Origin: a virus
Taxonomy: Duplodnaviria; Caudoviricetes
Direction: 5' to 3' (one strand)
Length of the DNA stretch: 52,850 bases
Virus record (IMG/VR): IMGVR_UViG_3300032271_000563
Coordinates: 1-52,850 of that record
Each line of letters opens with the position of its first letter. Position 1 is the first letter of the stretch. The translations under genes and the position numbers were made by a program. Below, piece after piece: positions 18,292 through 27,977 of the stretch. The notes beneath the pieces were generated by a model that did not search any database, was not told where the DNA came from, and worked only from the letters and a program-made list of their open reading frames with translations.

Positions 18292-19206
18292 ATGGCCGCA
18301 CCAATGCGAAGTACGGACTTTAGATCAATCGTTGAACCAATTCTTAATGAATGTTTTGATGGTGTCTATGATCTCCGCGAAGACGAATGGTCACGTGTTT
18401 TCCGTGAATCAGAGGGTATCCCCCGTAACTACCACGAAGAGCCCGTCCTTTATGGATTTGGCGCCGCACCTCAATTGCCTGATGGAACACCAGTGTCCTA
18501 TCAGCAAGGTGGTGTACTCTTCCTCCAACGCTACATTTACAATGTATATGGCCTGGCCTTTGCGTTGACAAAAGTGTTGGTTGAAGACGGTGACCATATT
18601 CGTATCGGTCAAGTGTATGCTCGACATCTCGCCCAATCATTGATTGAGACTAAAGAAACACTCTGTGCAAATATTTTGAACAGAGCATTCAATAGTTCTT
18701 ATGTTGGTGGTGACGGCGTATCGTTGATCAACACTGCTCACCCAATCGTGAGTGGATCTTTCAGCAACCAATTGACTACAGCCGCTGTTTTGTCTCAAAC
18801 ATCTCTCGAACAGATGTTGATTCAAGTCCGTCAAGCTGTGGACAACAACGGTAAGAAAATTCGTTTGGTTCCCCGCCAATTGGTGGTGGCTCCAGGCAAC
18901 ATTTTCCAAGCTGAAGTGTTGTTGAAATCAGTATTGCGTACTGGAACCGCAAACAATGACTTGAACCCTGTTAAGTCAATTGGTTTGTTGGATGAAGGCG
19001 CCGCAATCTTGTCACGTTTGACATCATCCACTGCATGGTGGGTTCAAACTGATGCGCCTGAAGGCATGAAGCTTTTGATGCGTAGACGTTTGGAGAAAAC
19101 CATGGAAGGTGACTTCGAGACTGACAGTATGCGTTACAAAGCAACGGAGCGTTACATCCCAGGATGGACAGATCCCCGCGCATTGTTCGGTACACCAGGC
19201 GCTTAA
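18292..19206 (+). CDS. major capsid protein (Mu gpT-like HK97 fold)
   Basis: GFGAAP, GGDGVSL...AHP, PRQLVVAP, RYKATERY...WTDPRALFG; followed by terminator. Confidence 0.85.
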   Translation: MAAPMRSTDFRSIVEPILNECFDGVYDLREDEWSRVFRESEGIPRNYHEEPVLYGFGAAPQLPDGTPVSYQQGGVLFLQRYIYNVYGLAFALTKVLVEDGDHIRIGQVYARHLAQSLIETKETLCANILNRAFNSSYVGGDGVSLINTAHPIVSGSFSNQLTTAAVLSQTSLEQMLIQVRQAVDNNGKKIRLVPRQLVVAPGNIFQAEVLLKSVLRTGTANNDLNPVKSIGLLDEGAAILSRLTSSTAWWVQTDAPEGMKLLMRRRLEKTMEGDFETDSMRYKATERYIPGWTDPRALFGTPGA

Positions 19207-19214
19207 TGCCTAGC

Positions 19215-19246
19215 GGGGAGGGGATAAAACCTCTCCCCATTTTTTT
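19215..19246 (+). terminator. Rho-independent terminator
   Basis: GGGGAGGGG...CCTCTCCCC then T-run. Confidence 0.8.
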
Positions 19247-19278
19247 AATGTTGTCATACTTTTCATGGAGCAGACAAA

Positions 19279-20526
19279 ATGCCACAATTTTCAGACGATC
19301 TATTTTTAGGCCCAGCCCAAACTTACATGGGTACGGGTGTTCGCCCTTACACTACTACTGCCACTGGTGGTACAGGTGGTGTATCCTCTTCAACCTTAAC
19401 AATTACTGCCCTTAATCAAGGTGCTCCAATTGTTGTTGGTATGTATGTAGACGGTTCAAGCGTAACCGACGGCACATATATCACTGCATTTGGCACTGGT
19501 AACGGTGGTGCAGGCACATATACGCTTAATCAAGCTATTAATATTGCCAACACAACTGCGTTGACATTTCATGGAAACATTGCATTTGATGATCCATCTC
19601 AAATGGATTTGGGTATTGGTCCTTTGGGCCGTATCTATGTTTGGGATGTAATTCCCCAAGCATTGGTAGCAAATAACATTGCCGCCTCACAAACACCCGT
19701 AGCATCAGGTTCTTTGACTTTGACAGCAGGTACATCAGTTAAATCTGTTATCCGTAATGACGGCACAACAGCATTACAAGTTGATTTGCCACGCGCTGTT
19801 AAAGTAACTACAGGTACTGCAACAGGTTCTGTATTGGCAAGTGTAATTATTGCTGGAACTGGGGGTCAAATTACTTTTACCTCTAACGCAAGCGTGTTCA
19901 CTGGTCAACGCATGACTATTTCTGGCACTTTAGGTGGTACAGGTACGATTACAGGTTATACCAACCCAACGACTTATATCCTGAGTGCAGTAACAGCAAC
20001 AAGCGCAACTTTGACAACAACCGCAGGTGGTGCAGTTGTTACAACAGCAGGTACACCAACTGGTTTGACTTACACTTTGGGTGCCGCACCACAGACAATT
20101 ACTGTGAGTGGTTATGACTATTATGGTCAAACTATGAGTGAGGCAATTACTTCTAGCGCCGCAGTTAGTACAGCAGTAAATGGTAAAAAAGCATTTTTCC
20201 AAATTACTTCTATTACAACAAGTGGTGCAACAGGTACGGCATTAACAGTAGGTACAACAGACATTCTTGGATTGCCTGTGCGAGTGTTTAACGTAGCATA
20301 TATTGCAAGCGTGAAAACCAACAGCACTTTGGCCCAGGATACTGGAACCTTTGTAGCCGCAGACACTGCAACAGCAACCACCACAACAGGTGATGTTCGT
20401 GGTACTTATGTACCAGGCACAGCATCAGACGGTATCAACCGTACAGTGATGGGAATTTTGTTACCTGGTATTGCCGTCGGTCCCAATGCTACACGCACTG
20501 GTGCTCTTGGCGTCACTCAAGCCTAA
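19279..20526 (+). CDS. Thr/Gly-rich beta-structured virion protein
   Basis: GGAG RBS; composition; position after capsid gene. Confidence 0.7.
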   Translation: MPQFSDDLFLGPAQTYMGTGVRPYTTTATGGTGGVSSSTLTITALNQGAPIVVGMYVDGSSVTDGTYITAFGTGNGGAGTYTLNQAINIANTTALTFHGNIAFDDPSQMDLGIGPLGRIYVWDVIPQALVANNIAASQTPVASGSLTLTAGTSVKSVIRNDGTTALQVDLPRAVKVTTGTATGSVLASVIIAGTGGQITFTSNASVFTGQRMTISGTLGGTGTITGYTNPTTYILSAVTATSATLTTTAGGAVVTTAGTPTGLTYTLGAAPQTITVSGYDYYGQTMSEAITSSAAVSTAVNGKKAFFQITSITTSGATGTALTVGTTDILGLPVRVFNVAYIASVKTNSTLAQDTGTFVAADTATATTTTGDVRGTYVPGTASDGINRTVMGILLPGIAVGPNATRTGALGVTQA

Positions 20527-20538
20527 TAGGAGAGACAC

Positions 20539-21888
20539 ATGGGACAATTTAAACCAATGGTAAAAATGGAAACAACTGAACCATCAGTTGAGTTAAAACT
20601 CAAAAAAGGTGGTCATGTTTCCATGAAAAAAGGTAAGAAAAGCGATAGTGGTCATCACATGATGGACGGCGGCATTATGAATGCCTTGTCTTCACCACGT
20701 CGCTCTATGGGTATGCCTCCAACTATGATGGGCGCCGCTCCTGCACGTCCTGCCATGGCTTTGCGTCGTAAGGCTATGGCGGCAATGCCAACACCTATGA
20801 TGAAAAAAGGTGGTGAGATGGAGTCCAAGCATGACCAGATGATGGAAGACAAGCGGATGTCCAAGCTTGAGGCTGAATTGAAAAAGCATGAAAAAATGCC
20901 TGCTCATTTAGCTCACAAAGGTATGGCATCAGGTGGTTCATCTGATGAGCGCATGAAAAATTTGGCAAAAGCCCGTGAGGCACTTCAAAAGTGTAAAGAA
21001 GGTGGTGGTATGCATCACTTAGACAAGTGCGAAATGCATTTGGCTAAATGTGGCGGTGGTTCCATGAAGAAAATGGCCACTGGCGGTGCTACTGGCAAAA
21101 ATCTTGATGCATTTGAAACCAAAACTACCGTAAAAGGCAATGTTAAGCCTTTTGAAAAAACTGAAATGCATACTGCCAAGAAAGATAGTGCTCATGGTAC
21201 TGGCGGAGTCAAAGAAGGTAATGGTGGTGGTTACAAAAAAGGTGGTTCAATTAATTCTGAAACATCTTACGGTGACTACGCTACTACCAAAGTTGACCAG
21301 GCTAAGCCTGATTCAGCACACGGTACTGGTGGCGTTTCTATGTCCAATGCTGGTGGTTTTAAAAAGGGTGGAAAAGCCAAATATAAAACTGGTGGTGGAG
21401 TAGAAAAGTACGCTGTTGATAATGTTGAGGGAACTCCTAAAGGCGTGACCAATACAACAACTGGTGAAGTCAAAGAGTCCAATGGTGGTGGTTACAAGAA
21501 AGGCGGTGCTTTAAAAAAGCATTTCGCCACGGGGGGCAGTGTTAATCGCACTGGTCACGCCGTGGTAATGCCCCAAGCAAGTAAGCCCGCATCTAAAGCA
21601 ACAGAAATCAATATGTTATCTGGTGTTTTTAAAAAGGGCGGTCACGTAAAAAAGTTTGATGGCGGTGGTTCAACTGGTGACAAGATCATTGATCAAGAAA
21701 ACCAGAAAAGACTAAATGAATTAAATACTACCAAGTATGAAAATCAACACCCATTTAAGACAATGTTTAACAATGTTAAAGAGTTTGTAATGGGGCCGCC
21801 TACAACTCCCGCGGGGAGCGTTACCAAGACTAAAGAGTCAGTCACGGTAGCACCACAAAAAAAAAGTGGTGGTAGTATCAAGCGTTAA
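20539..21888 (+). CDS. basic repeat protein with about 14 hydrophobic-x-x-GG motifs; putative -1 frameshift isoforms
   Basis: AGGAG RBS; LKKGG, MKKGG, YKKGG, FKKGG, FATGG etc.; in-frame A-AAA-AAG at 21513 and 21648. Confidence 0.8.
   Translation: MGQFKPMVKMETTEPSVELKLKKGGHVSMKKGKKSDSGHHMMDGGIMNALSSPRRSMGMPPTMMGAAPARPAMALRRKAMAAMPTPMMKKGGEMESKHDQMMEDKRMSKLEAELKKHEKMPAHLAHKGMASGGSSDERMKNLAKAREALQKCKEGGGMHHLDKCEMHLAKCGGGSMKKMATGGATGKNLDAFETKTTVKGNVKPFEKTEMHTAKKDSAHGTGGVKEGNGGGYKKGGSINSETSYGDYATTKVDQAKPDSAHGTGGVSMSNAGGFKKGGKAKYKTGGGVEKYAVDNVEGTPKGVTNTTTGEVKESNGGGYKKGGALKKHFATGGSVNRTGHAVVMPQASKPASKATEINMLSGVFKKGGHVKKFDGGGSTGDKIIDQENQKRLNELNTTKYENQHPFKTMFNNVKEFVMGPPTTPAGSVTKTKESVTVAPQKKSGGSIKR
21513..21566 (+). 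other. putative programmed -1 ribosomal frameshift signal
   Basis: A-AAA-AAG in frame, 6-nt spacer, stem GCCACGG/CCGTGGT with inner CAGTG/CACTG. Confidence 0.7.
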
Positions 21889-21891
21889 ATA

Positions 21892-21918
21892 AGGTGGGGG
21901 CTACGGCCCCTACTTTTT
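21892..21918 (+). terminator. Rho-independent terminator
   Basis: GTGGGGGC-TACG-GCCCCTAC followed by T5. Confidence 0.85.
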
Positions 21919-21929
21919 AAGGGATTATT

Positions 21930-22706
21930 ATGGGAACTTATTCTTCTGCAACTAGACAAGGTGCGTTTGAACCATTTGAATTGCAATTGAGCCGTGGACA
22001 AGTAGACGGTCATTCTTATTTATTTCAATTTGGTCAAACGTCTACTGTTACCACAAATCAATCTGTTTGGGCAACTACTGGAGTTTACGCATTTCCTGCG
22101 TCGGCAACAGTAATGAAAATTTCAAGCGCAAACACAAACGACACTTCTGCTGGCAGTGGCGCGCGCACAGTATTTATTTCAGGTTTAGATGCTAATTACG
22201 CACCAATTTCTGAAACAGTTATTTTGAATGGTCAAACAGCCGTTAACACAACAAACAGTTATTTGCGTATCAATGATTTTTATGTTTTGACTTGTGGTAG
22301 TGGTAACACTGCCGCAGGAATTATTTATGCTGGAACAGGCAATGTAACAACTGGTGTTCCTGCAACCATTTATTCATTGATGCCCGTTGCATACAATTCT
22401 CAAACACAGGCAATCTATACGGTTCCTGCTGGATATACGGCATACATTACCAGCTACACATTCACTTCCAATAATACAACTGCTAATACCATTTGTTCTG
22501 GGTTTTTGTATGTTTACTTGTATGGAAATAATTTTCCAACTATTGAAGCATCTGCTCGATTTAATGCTGGTAGCGTATTTGACAGGCACTTTGATTGTCC
22601 TTTGAAATTTGCTGAAAAAACCGATTTTGATATGCACGTTTCTGCTGGCGCGTCTGGTCAAATGACAGGCGAAATGCATATGATTTTGGTTAAAAATCCT
22701 GATTAA
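21930..22706 (+). CDS. putative virion structural protein
   Basis: [26 protein letters not shown] motif seen in phage virion proteins. Confidence 0.7.
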   Translation: MGTYSSATRQGAFEPFELQLSRGQVDGHSYLFQFGQTSTVTTNQSVWATTGVYAFPASATVMKISSANTNDTSAGSGARTVFISGLDANYAPISETVILNGQTAVNTTNSYLRINDFYVLTCGSGNTAAGIIYAGTGNVTTGVPATIYSLMPVAYNSQTQAIYTVPAGYTAYITSYTFTSNNTTANTICSGFLYVYLYGNNFPTIEASARFNAGSVFDRHFDCPLKFAEKTDFDMHVSAGASGQMTGEMHMILVKNPD

Positions 22707-22708
22707 TC

Positions 22709-23227
22709 ATGCCAAGTAAATCACCTGCTCAACATCGACTGATGGAGGCCGCCGCGCATACCAAGGGTGGATATGGTGGCGTTCCACAAAAAGTTGGAAA
22801 AGAATTTGTCAAAGCCGATGAAGGCAAAAAAATGGCAAACGGTGGTTTGTATGCCAACATTCATGCAAAAAAAGAAAGAATAGCCCATGGTTCTGGTGAA
22901 AAAATGCGTAAGGTCGGTTCTAGTGGCGCACCGAGCGCTAAAGATTTTCGTGAATCAGCTAAAACTGCTAAACACAAAGAGGGTGGACCATCTTTAGCGG
23001 TAGGACGTGGTGAAAAGCTTTCAGTGGACCGCGGTGCGGGTTTGACGGCCAAGGGTAGGGCAAAGTACAACAGAGAGACTGGGAGCCATTTAAAGCCTCC
23101 ACAACCTCAAGGTGGTGCTAGAAAAGATTCGTTTTGTGCCAGGATGTCTGGCGTTGTGAAACATGCGTCTGGTGATGCCCCAAGAGCGAAAGCATCACTT
23201 AAACGCTGGGACTGTCCAGGATGGTAA
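22709..23227 (+). CDS. basic three-module protein, C-terminal part DUF6321-like
   Basis: modules [12 protein letters not shown].., [10 protein letters not shown].., [18 protein letters not shown] joined by MANGG and HKEGG. Confidence 0.65.
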   Translation: MPSKSPAQHRLMEAAAHTKGGYGGVPQKVGKEFVKADEGKKMANGGLYANIHAKKERIAHGSGEKMRKVGSSGAPSAKDFRESAKTAKHKEGGPSLAVGRGEKLSVDRGAGLTAKGRAKYNRETGSHLKPPQPQGGARKDSFCARMSGVVKHASGDAPRAKASLKRWDCPGW

Positions 23228-23230
23228 AAA

Positions 23231-24304
23231 ATGTCATTTTCGGGAACCGTTAGTCAGACAGTTGTTAACACACAAACCGTCATCGATCATGCGGTGCGTC
23301 GGTGTGGAAAACTTGCTGAAGAAATATCTTCAGAACAACAAATAACGGCTAGGGAAAATTTGTATTTTCTTTTGTCCCATATGATGAACCGCGGAATACA
23401 GTATTTTGCTGTCAACAAGGTTGTTATAGGCTTAAATGCCAACCAGTATGAGTACACCCTGCCCAGTGGCGCAAACGACGCTCTAAACGTCTTATATCGC
23501 CAAATGGCACGGCCAAATGGTAGCTACACAACCAGTGCAAATGGTGTTGTGGCCAATATTTATGATGGCAACGTCGATACATATTGCCAGCAAACAACTG
23601 CAAATGGTAATTTCACGGTCAATTATGGTTCTACGGACCCACAATACATAGGATCAATTGGCATCATGCCTTATGTTTCTGGTGGTGGAAGTGCAACCTG
23701 GAGCTATTATTTGCAAGCATCCAGCGATGGAACTACCTGGAATAACATTTATACAGCTACTGCTGTGACGGTAACTGATGGCCAGTGGATATGGCAAGAC
23801 ATTGATCCTGGTTTTAACGTCATTTACTATCGAATTCAAGCATTTAGCAATACCACTTTGGCCCTGAGAGAGTGGTATTTGGGTAATAACAGCACAGAAA
23901 TTCAAATGTCACGTTTGAATCGTGATGATTACACCAATTTACCCAACAAAAACTTTACTGCTAACCAACCTTTTCAATTTTGGTTCAATCGGACCATACC
24001 AAATCCAACTTTAGTCCTTTGGCCTGTGCCAAGTACATCATTTGTACAGATGACGGTGTGGTATTCAGCCTATATTGAAGATGTTGGAGCGCTTTATCAG
24101 CAATTGGCTTTACCTCAAAGGTGGTATGAGGCAACAATCTTTATGCTAGCTCACCGTATGAGCTTGGAGTTGCCCCAAATTGACCCAGCACGAATTGCAT
24201 ATTTGGAAAAAATGGCGGATAAGTTCCTTTACGACGTAGAGCAAGAAGAGAGGGACAAATCGCCAGAGTATTTCGCACCAAATATTAGCGTTTACACAAG
24301 TTAA
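23231..24304 (+). CDS. putative head-tail adaptor/neck protein with inserted beta-sandwich domain
   Basis: helical N- and C-terminal parts; central QASSDGTTW...YYRI segment resembles F5/8 type C. Confidence 0.55.
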   Translation: MSFSGTVSQTVVNTQTVIDHAVRRCGKLAEEISSEQQITARENLYFLLSHMMNRGIQYFAVNKVVIGLNANQYEYTLPSGANDALNVLYRQMARPNGSYTTSANGVVANIYDGNVDTYCQQTTANGNFTVNYGSTDPQYIGSIGIMPYVSGGGSATWSYYLQASSDGTTWNNIYTATAVTVTDGQWIWQDIDPGFNVIYYRIQAFSNTTLALREWYLGNNSTEIQMSRLNRDDYTNLPNKNFTANQPFQFWFNRTIPNPTLVLWPVPSTSFVQMTVWYSAYIEDVGALYQQLALPQRWYEATIFMLAHRMSLELPQIDPARIAYLEKMADKFLYDVEQEERDKSPEYFAPNISVYTS

Positions 24305-24306
24305 CC

Positions 24307-24660
24307 ATGCCAATATTTCTTAATACGCTTGGAAATGCAACTTTATCAATTGCAATATGTGATCGTTGCAAGATGAAACGCGCCCATTCAGTAATGAGAA
24401 ATGACCCAAATTTTCCAGGATTACGGGTTTGTAATGAAGGCTGTGCGGACCAAAAAGATCCATATCGCCTGGCGGCCCGTAAAACTGAACGCATCAACAT
24501 TCGTTTTCCCAGGCCAGATACAAACATCAATGTGGTCCCAGATGCAATAATTTCTACTGGTTATGACCAGTGGGAGTTATCGCCTGAACAAAACACGCAA
24601 ATACCTGAGAATAATGGTAATCTTGATACTTTAAGTCCTAGTCCACCACAGAATCAATAG
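24307..24660 (+). CDS. small Cys-containing virion-region protein
   Basis: AICDRC...GLRVCxxxC-D..DP...RPD pattern. Confidence 0.65.
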   Translation: MPIFLNTLGNATLSIAICDRCKMKRAHSVMRNDPNFPGLRVCNEGCADQKDPYRLAARKTERINIRFPRPDTNINVVPDAIISTGYDQWELSPEQNTQIPENNGNLDTLSPSPPQNQ

Positions 24661-24662
24661 CC

Positions 24663-26714
24663 ATGGCAAATGTAACGATCACCCAATTACCAACCGCTGG
24701 TGCCTTAACGGGTAGTGAGGCTGTTCCTGTTGTACAAAACGGCGTAACAGTACAAACTACAACGGGGGCTATCCAGGCTACACCTGCGCTTAGTTCGTAC
24801 ACATTTATTACTGTGGGTACCACGGCGCCTTTGGCCTCCAGTAGGTACTTGGCCACGGGAACTGGTTTAGCTTTAGTTGATAACGGTGCTCAATCAAGCA
24901 TTCAAATTTCATTGAATGGATCTTCGGCATCCCTTGAATCTGTTGGTTATGGAATGCTTGCCAAAAGCGGTGCAAATACCATTGTCAACAGGACTATTTC
25001 AATTACGGGGAATGGATTATCTATTGCCAATGGTGATGGCATATCAGGCAACCCAACGCTATCTGTAAGCGGTGTATTGGCTAATTTTGCCAACACGTCG
25101 GGTACTGGCTTATTGACCATCAATGGCACAACTATCAGCCAGGCTACTTTGTCTGGTACTGCGGGTCAAATTACAGTTACAAACCCTAGTGGAATTGGGG
25201 GAAACCCTACCTTTTCATTAAATACTACTGGTGTTTCTGCTGGTACATACACAATTGCCACAGTTGCTGTTGATGTTTATGGCCGTGTAACTTCAGCGTC
25301 TAGCGCATCAACCACGGGTTCTGGTGCTGTAGTATTGCAGGCCAGCCCAACATTGACTGGTACTCCTATAGCGCCAACCGCATCAAATGGGACCAGCACA
25401 ACACAAATTGCAACTACAGCATTTGTTGCAAACGCTATTTCTTCAGGTACTGGGATAGTCAATTCATTCAGTGGTGGTTCAACGGGTTTAACGCCTGCTA
25501 CAGCAACTTCTGGAGCAATTACCCTCGCAGGTATTTTGGCTGTTGCAAACGGCGGTACAGGGGTCACTACAAGCACGGGCGCTGGTAGTAATGTTTTAAG
25601 TCAAAGCCCCACATTTACTGGTGTTCCTGCGGCCCCTACAGCGGCATTGAATACCAATACCACCCAACTGGCTACAACAGCATTTGTATTGCAACAGGTT
25701 AGTTCATCAGGCGGTGGTACGGTTACTTCAATTACTGCTGGAACAGGTTTATCTGGCGGAACAATTACTAACGCTGGAACAATTGCAATTGCAAATACGG
25801 CGGTAACTGCTGGTGCATATGGTTCAGCCACCCAAGTTGGCACGTTTACTGTTAATGCTCAAGGTCAATTGACTTTGGCTGGAAACACAACGGTAACCCC
25901 AGCCGTGGGCTCAATTACTGGTTTAGGCACCAATGTTGCCCTTGCTCTAGGAGTCAATGTAGGCACTGCTGGTGCTTTTGTGGTGAATGGTGGTGTTTTA
26001 GGGACCCCAAGTTCAGGCACATTAACAAATGCAACTGGGTTGCCGATTTCTACTGGTGTATCTGGTTTGGGAACTGGTGTAGCTACATTTTTGGCAACAC
26101 CATCAAGTACCAACCTGGCGGCGGCTGTAACGGATGAAACAGGTACAGGCTCGCTTGTATTTGCAAATACTCCCACCCTGGTTAGCCCAATATTGGGAAC
26201 GCCAACAAGTGGTACGTTGACAAATGCAACTGGGTTACCCTTAACTACAGGCGTCACAGGTACTTTGCCTGTAGGTAACGGTGGTACTGGTCAAACATCA
26301 TTGGCTGTAGGTGCTTTAGGGTATGGCGCAGGAACAAGCGCACATTCAACCCTGGCTATAGGTACTGCTGGCCAAGTCTTAACTGTTAATTCAGGTGCAA
26401 CAGCGCCACAATGGTCTACTTTAAGTGGTGTGGCGGTTACTACCCTATCTTTTGGTTCAACTGGATTGACGCCTGCTACAGCCACTGCTGGAGCAATTAC
26501 GGTGGCTGGAACACTGGCCACGGCAAATGGTGGAACTGGAGTTACAACAACCCCAGCAAACGGTGCTTTATTGATTGGAAATGGGACTGGTTATACAAGT
26601 GCCACATTGACTCAAGGTAGCAATATAAGCATTACAAATGCCAGTGGTAGCATTACAATTGCATCAACATCCAACCAATCATCTGCATATGCATATTCTT
26701 GGTTCATTTCCTGA
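24663..26714 (+). CDS. tail fibre-like protein
   Basis: two SPTxTGxPxAPTA...TTQxATTAFV fibre repeats; two GTPxSGTLTNATGLP repeats; ANGGTG repeats. Confidence 0.8.
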   Translation: MANVTITQLPTAGALTGSEAVPVVQNGVTVQTTTGAIQATPALSSYTFITVGTTAPLASSRYLATGTGLALVDNGAQSSIQISLNGSSASLESVGYGMLAKSGANTIVNRTISITGNGLSIANGDGISGNPTLSVSGVLANFANTSGTGLLTINGTTISQATLSGTAGQITVTNPSGIGGNPTFSLNTTGVSAGTYTIATVAVDVYGRVTSASSASTTGSGAVVLQASPTLTGTPIAPTASNGTSTTQIATTAFVANAISSGTGIVNSFSGGSTGLTPATATSGAITLAGILAVANGGTGVTTSTGAGSNVLSQSPTFTGVPAAPTAALNTNTTQLATTAFVLQQVSSSGGGTVTSITAGTGLSGGTITNAGTIAIANTAVTAGAYGSATQVGTFTVNAQGQLTLAGNTTVTPAVGSITGLGTNVALALGVNVGTAGAFVVNGGVLGTPSSGTLTNATGLPISTGVSGLGTGVATFLATPSSTNLAAAVTDETGTGSLVFANTPTLVSPILGTPTSGTLTNATGLPLTTGVTGTLPVGNGGTGQTSLAVGALGYGAGTSAHSTLAIGTAGQVLTVNSGATAPQWSTLSGVAVTTLSFGSTGLTPATATAGAITVAGTLATANGGTGVTTTPANGALLIGNGTGYTSATLTQGSNISITNASGSITIASTSNQSSAYAYSWFIS

Positions 26715-26726
26715 TAAGGGTTAGAA

Positions 26727-27188
26727 ATGCTAGTTTTAGACGCAACAACCAAATCAATTACAGTAGCGATGGCGGCAACCGCCACAACTACAAATCCAAG
26801 CTTTGTCACCGCTTATTCTGATGACACTGGAACTGCTTTTACTGAAGGTTCCAGCGATGGTGTTTTGAATGGTTCAACCCAGGTAACTTTGGTTTCGGCT
26901 CCTGCGGCATCAACAAGACGCCTGGTCAAAACCATTTACATAGAAAACAACGACACTGTAGCCAATACAATTACTGTCACCTACAACAACAATGGTACTT
27001 TGAGAATTATTGTCAAAGTAACTTTGCAAGTTGGAGATACCTGGTCTACTGATGGCACAACTGACACAAACGGAAATTTGAAAACAATTCAAGGGTCCGT
27101 AAATTTGGCCACTGGCGTGACTGGTATTTTGCCTATTGCAAACGGTGGTACGGCCACGGCTTATGGCGTAAACGGTGGAACTTTCTAA
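26727..27188 (+). CDS. virion/fibre-associated protein
   Basis: AAGGG RBS; LPIANGGT motif; ends GGTF like 35769..37004. Confidence 0.7.
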   Translation: MLVLDATTKSITVAMAATATTTNPSFVTAYSDDTGTAFTEGSSDGVLNGSTQVTLVSAPAASTRRLVKTIYIENNDTVANTITVTYNNNGTLRIIVKVTLQVGDTWSTDGTTDTNGNLKTIQGSVNLATGVTGILPIANGGTATAYGVNGGTF

Positions 27189-27222
27189 TGAATGAAATTA
27201 CAATGGTGAAAAGGATTTAATC

Positions 27223-27528
27223 ATGGCCCAAACAGGTTATACGCCCATATATCTCTACAACAGTGGAACAACCACTAACGTCCCTACCAACACCAATTTA
27301 GGTGCGGGTGAACTTGCAATTAACTACACCGATGGTAAATTGTTTTTCAAGAACAACAGTAATGTTGTAAAGGTAATGATGACCAACCCTGCTGGTTTGA
27401 ACTATCCAACAACAGACGGAAGTAGTGGTCAGGCAATTCTTACAAACGGTAGTGGTACGCTAAGTTTTGGTGCCGCTGGTATATCAACGGGTAAATCCAT
27501 CGCTATGGCGATGATCTTTGGATTCTAA
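27223..27528 (+). CDS. small fibre-associated protein
   Basis: LGAGELAINYTDGKLFFK and PTTDGSSGQAILTNGSGTLSF fibre motifs. Confidence 0.7.
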   Translation: MAQTGYTPIYLYNSGTTTNVPTNTNLGAGELAINYTDGKLFFKNNSNVVKVMMTNPAGLNYPTTDGSSGQAILTNGSGTLSFGAAGISTGKSIAMAMIFGF

Positions 27529-27538
27529 GGAGTTTTAA

Positions 27539-27964
27539 ATGGCAAATACAAACATAGTAGGCGTAACGCAAATTGTTGGCATAAGTGCCTATGTTACTCC
27601 TACATCCATCACACAAGCGGCAAACAATGCTACATGGATTACAGACACAAGTACTGCTGTAACAGGGTTGACTCCTGCATCTGGGATTGTCAATCGTGTT
27701 ACTTCAGTTGTGGCGTCAAATGTAACTTCTTCTGCGGCAACAGCAAGTTTGGCAATAGCCAATAATGCTACGTTTGCAAGTGGAACGCTGTATTACATTG
27801 CGTATCAAATTAGTATTCCACCAAACTCTTCAGTTATTTTGACTGATAAAACAACTTCGTTTTACATTACATCTGGACAGTCAGTTGGTGTAATTCCTGG
27901 TACAGCAAGTGCCATTAACTTCACCGCTACGCTAGAGTCGATTACAGGCACAGTGCCCACCTAA
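27539..27964 (+). CDS. small virion protein
   Basis: AAGGAG RBS; beta-rich composition. Confidence 0.7.
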   Translation: MANTNIVGVTQIVGISAYVTPTSITQAANNATWITDTSTAVTGLTPASGIVNRVTSVVASNVTSSAATASLAIANNATFASGTLYYIAYQISIPPNSSVILTDKTTSFYITSGQSVGVIPGTASAINFTATLESITGTVPT

Positions 27965-27977
27965 TTAGGAGCCTAAC

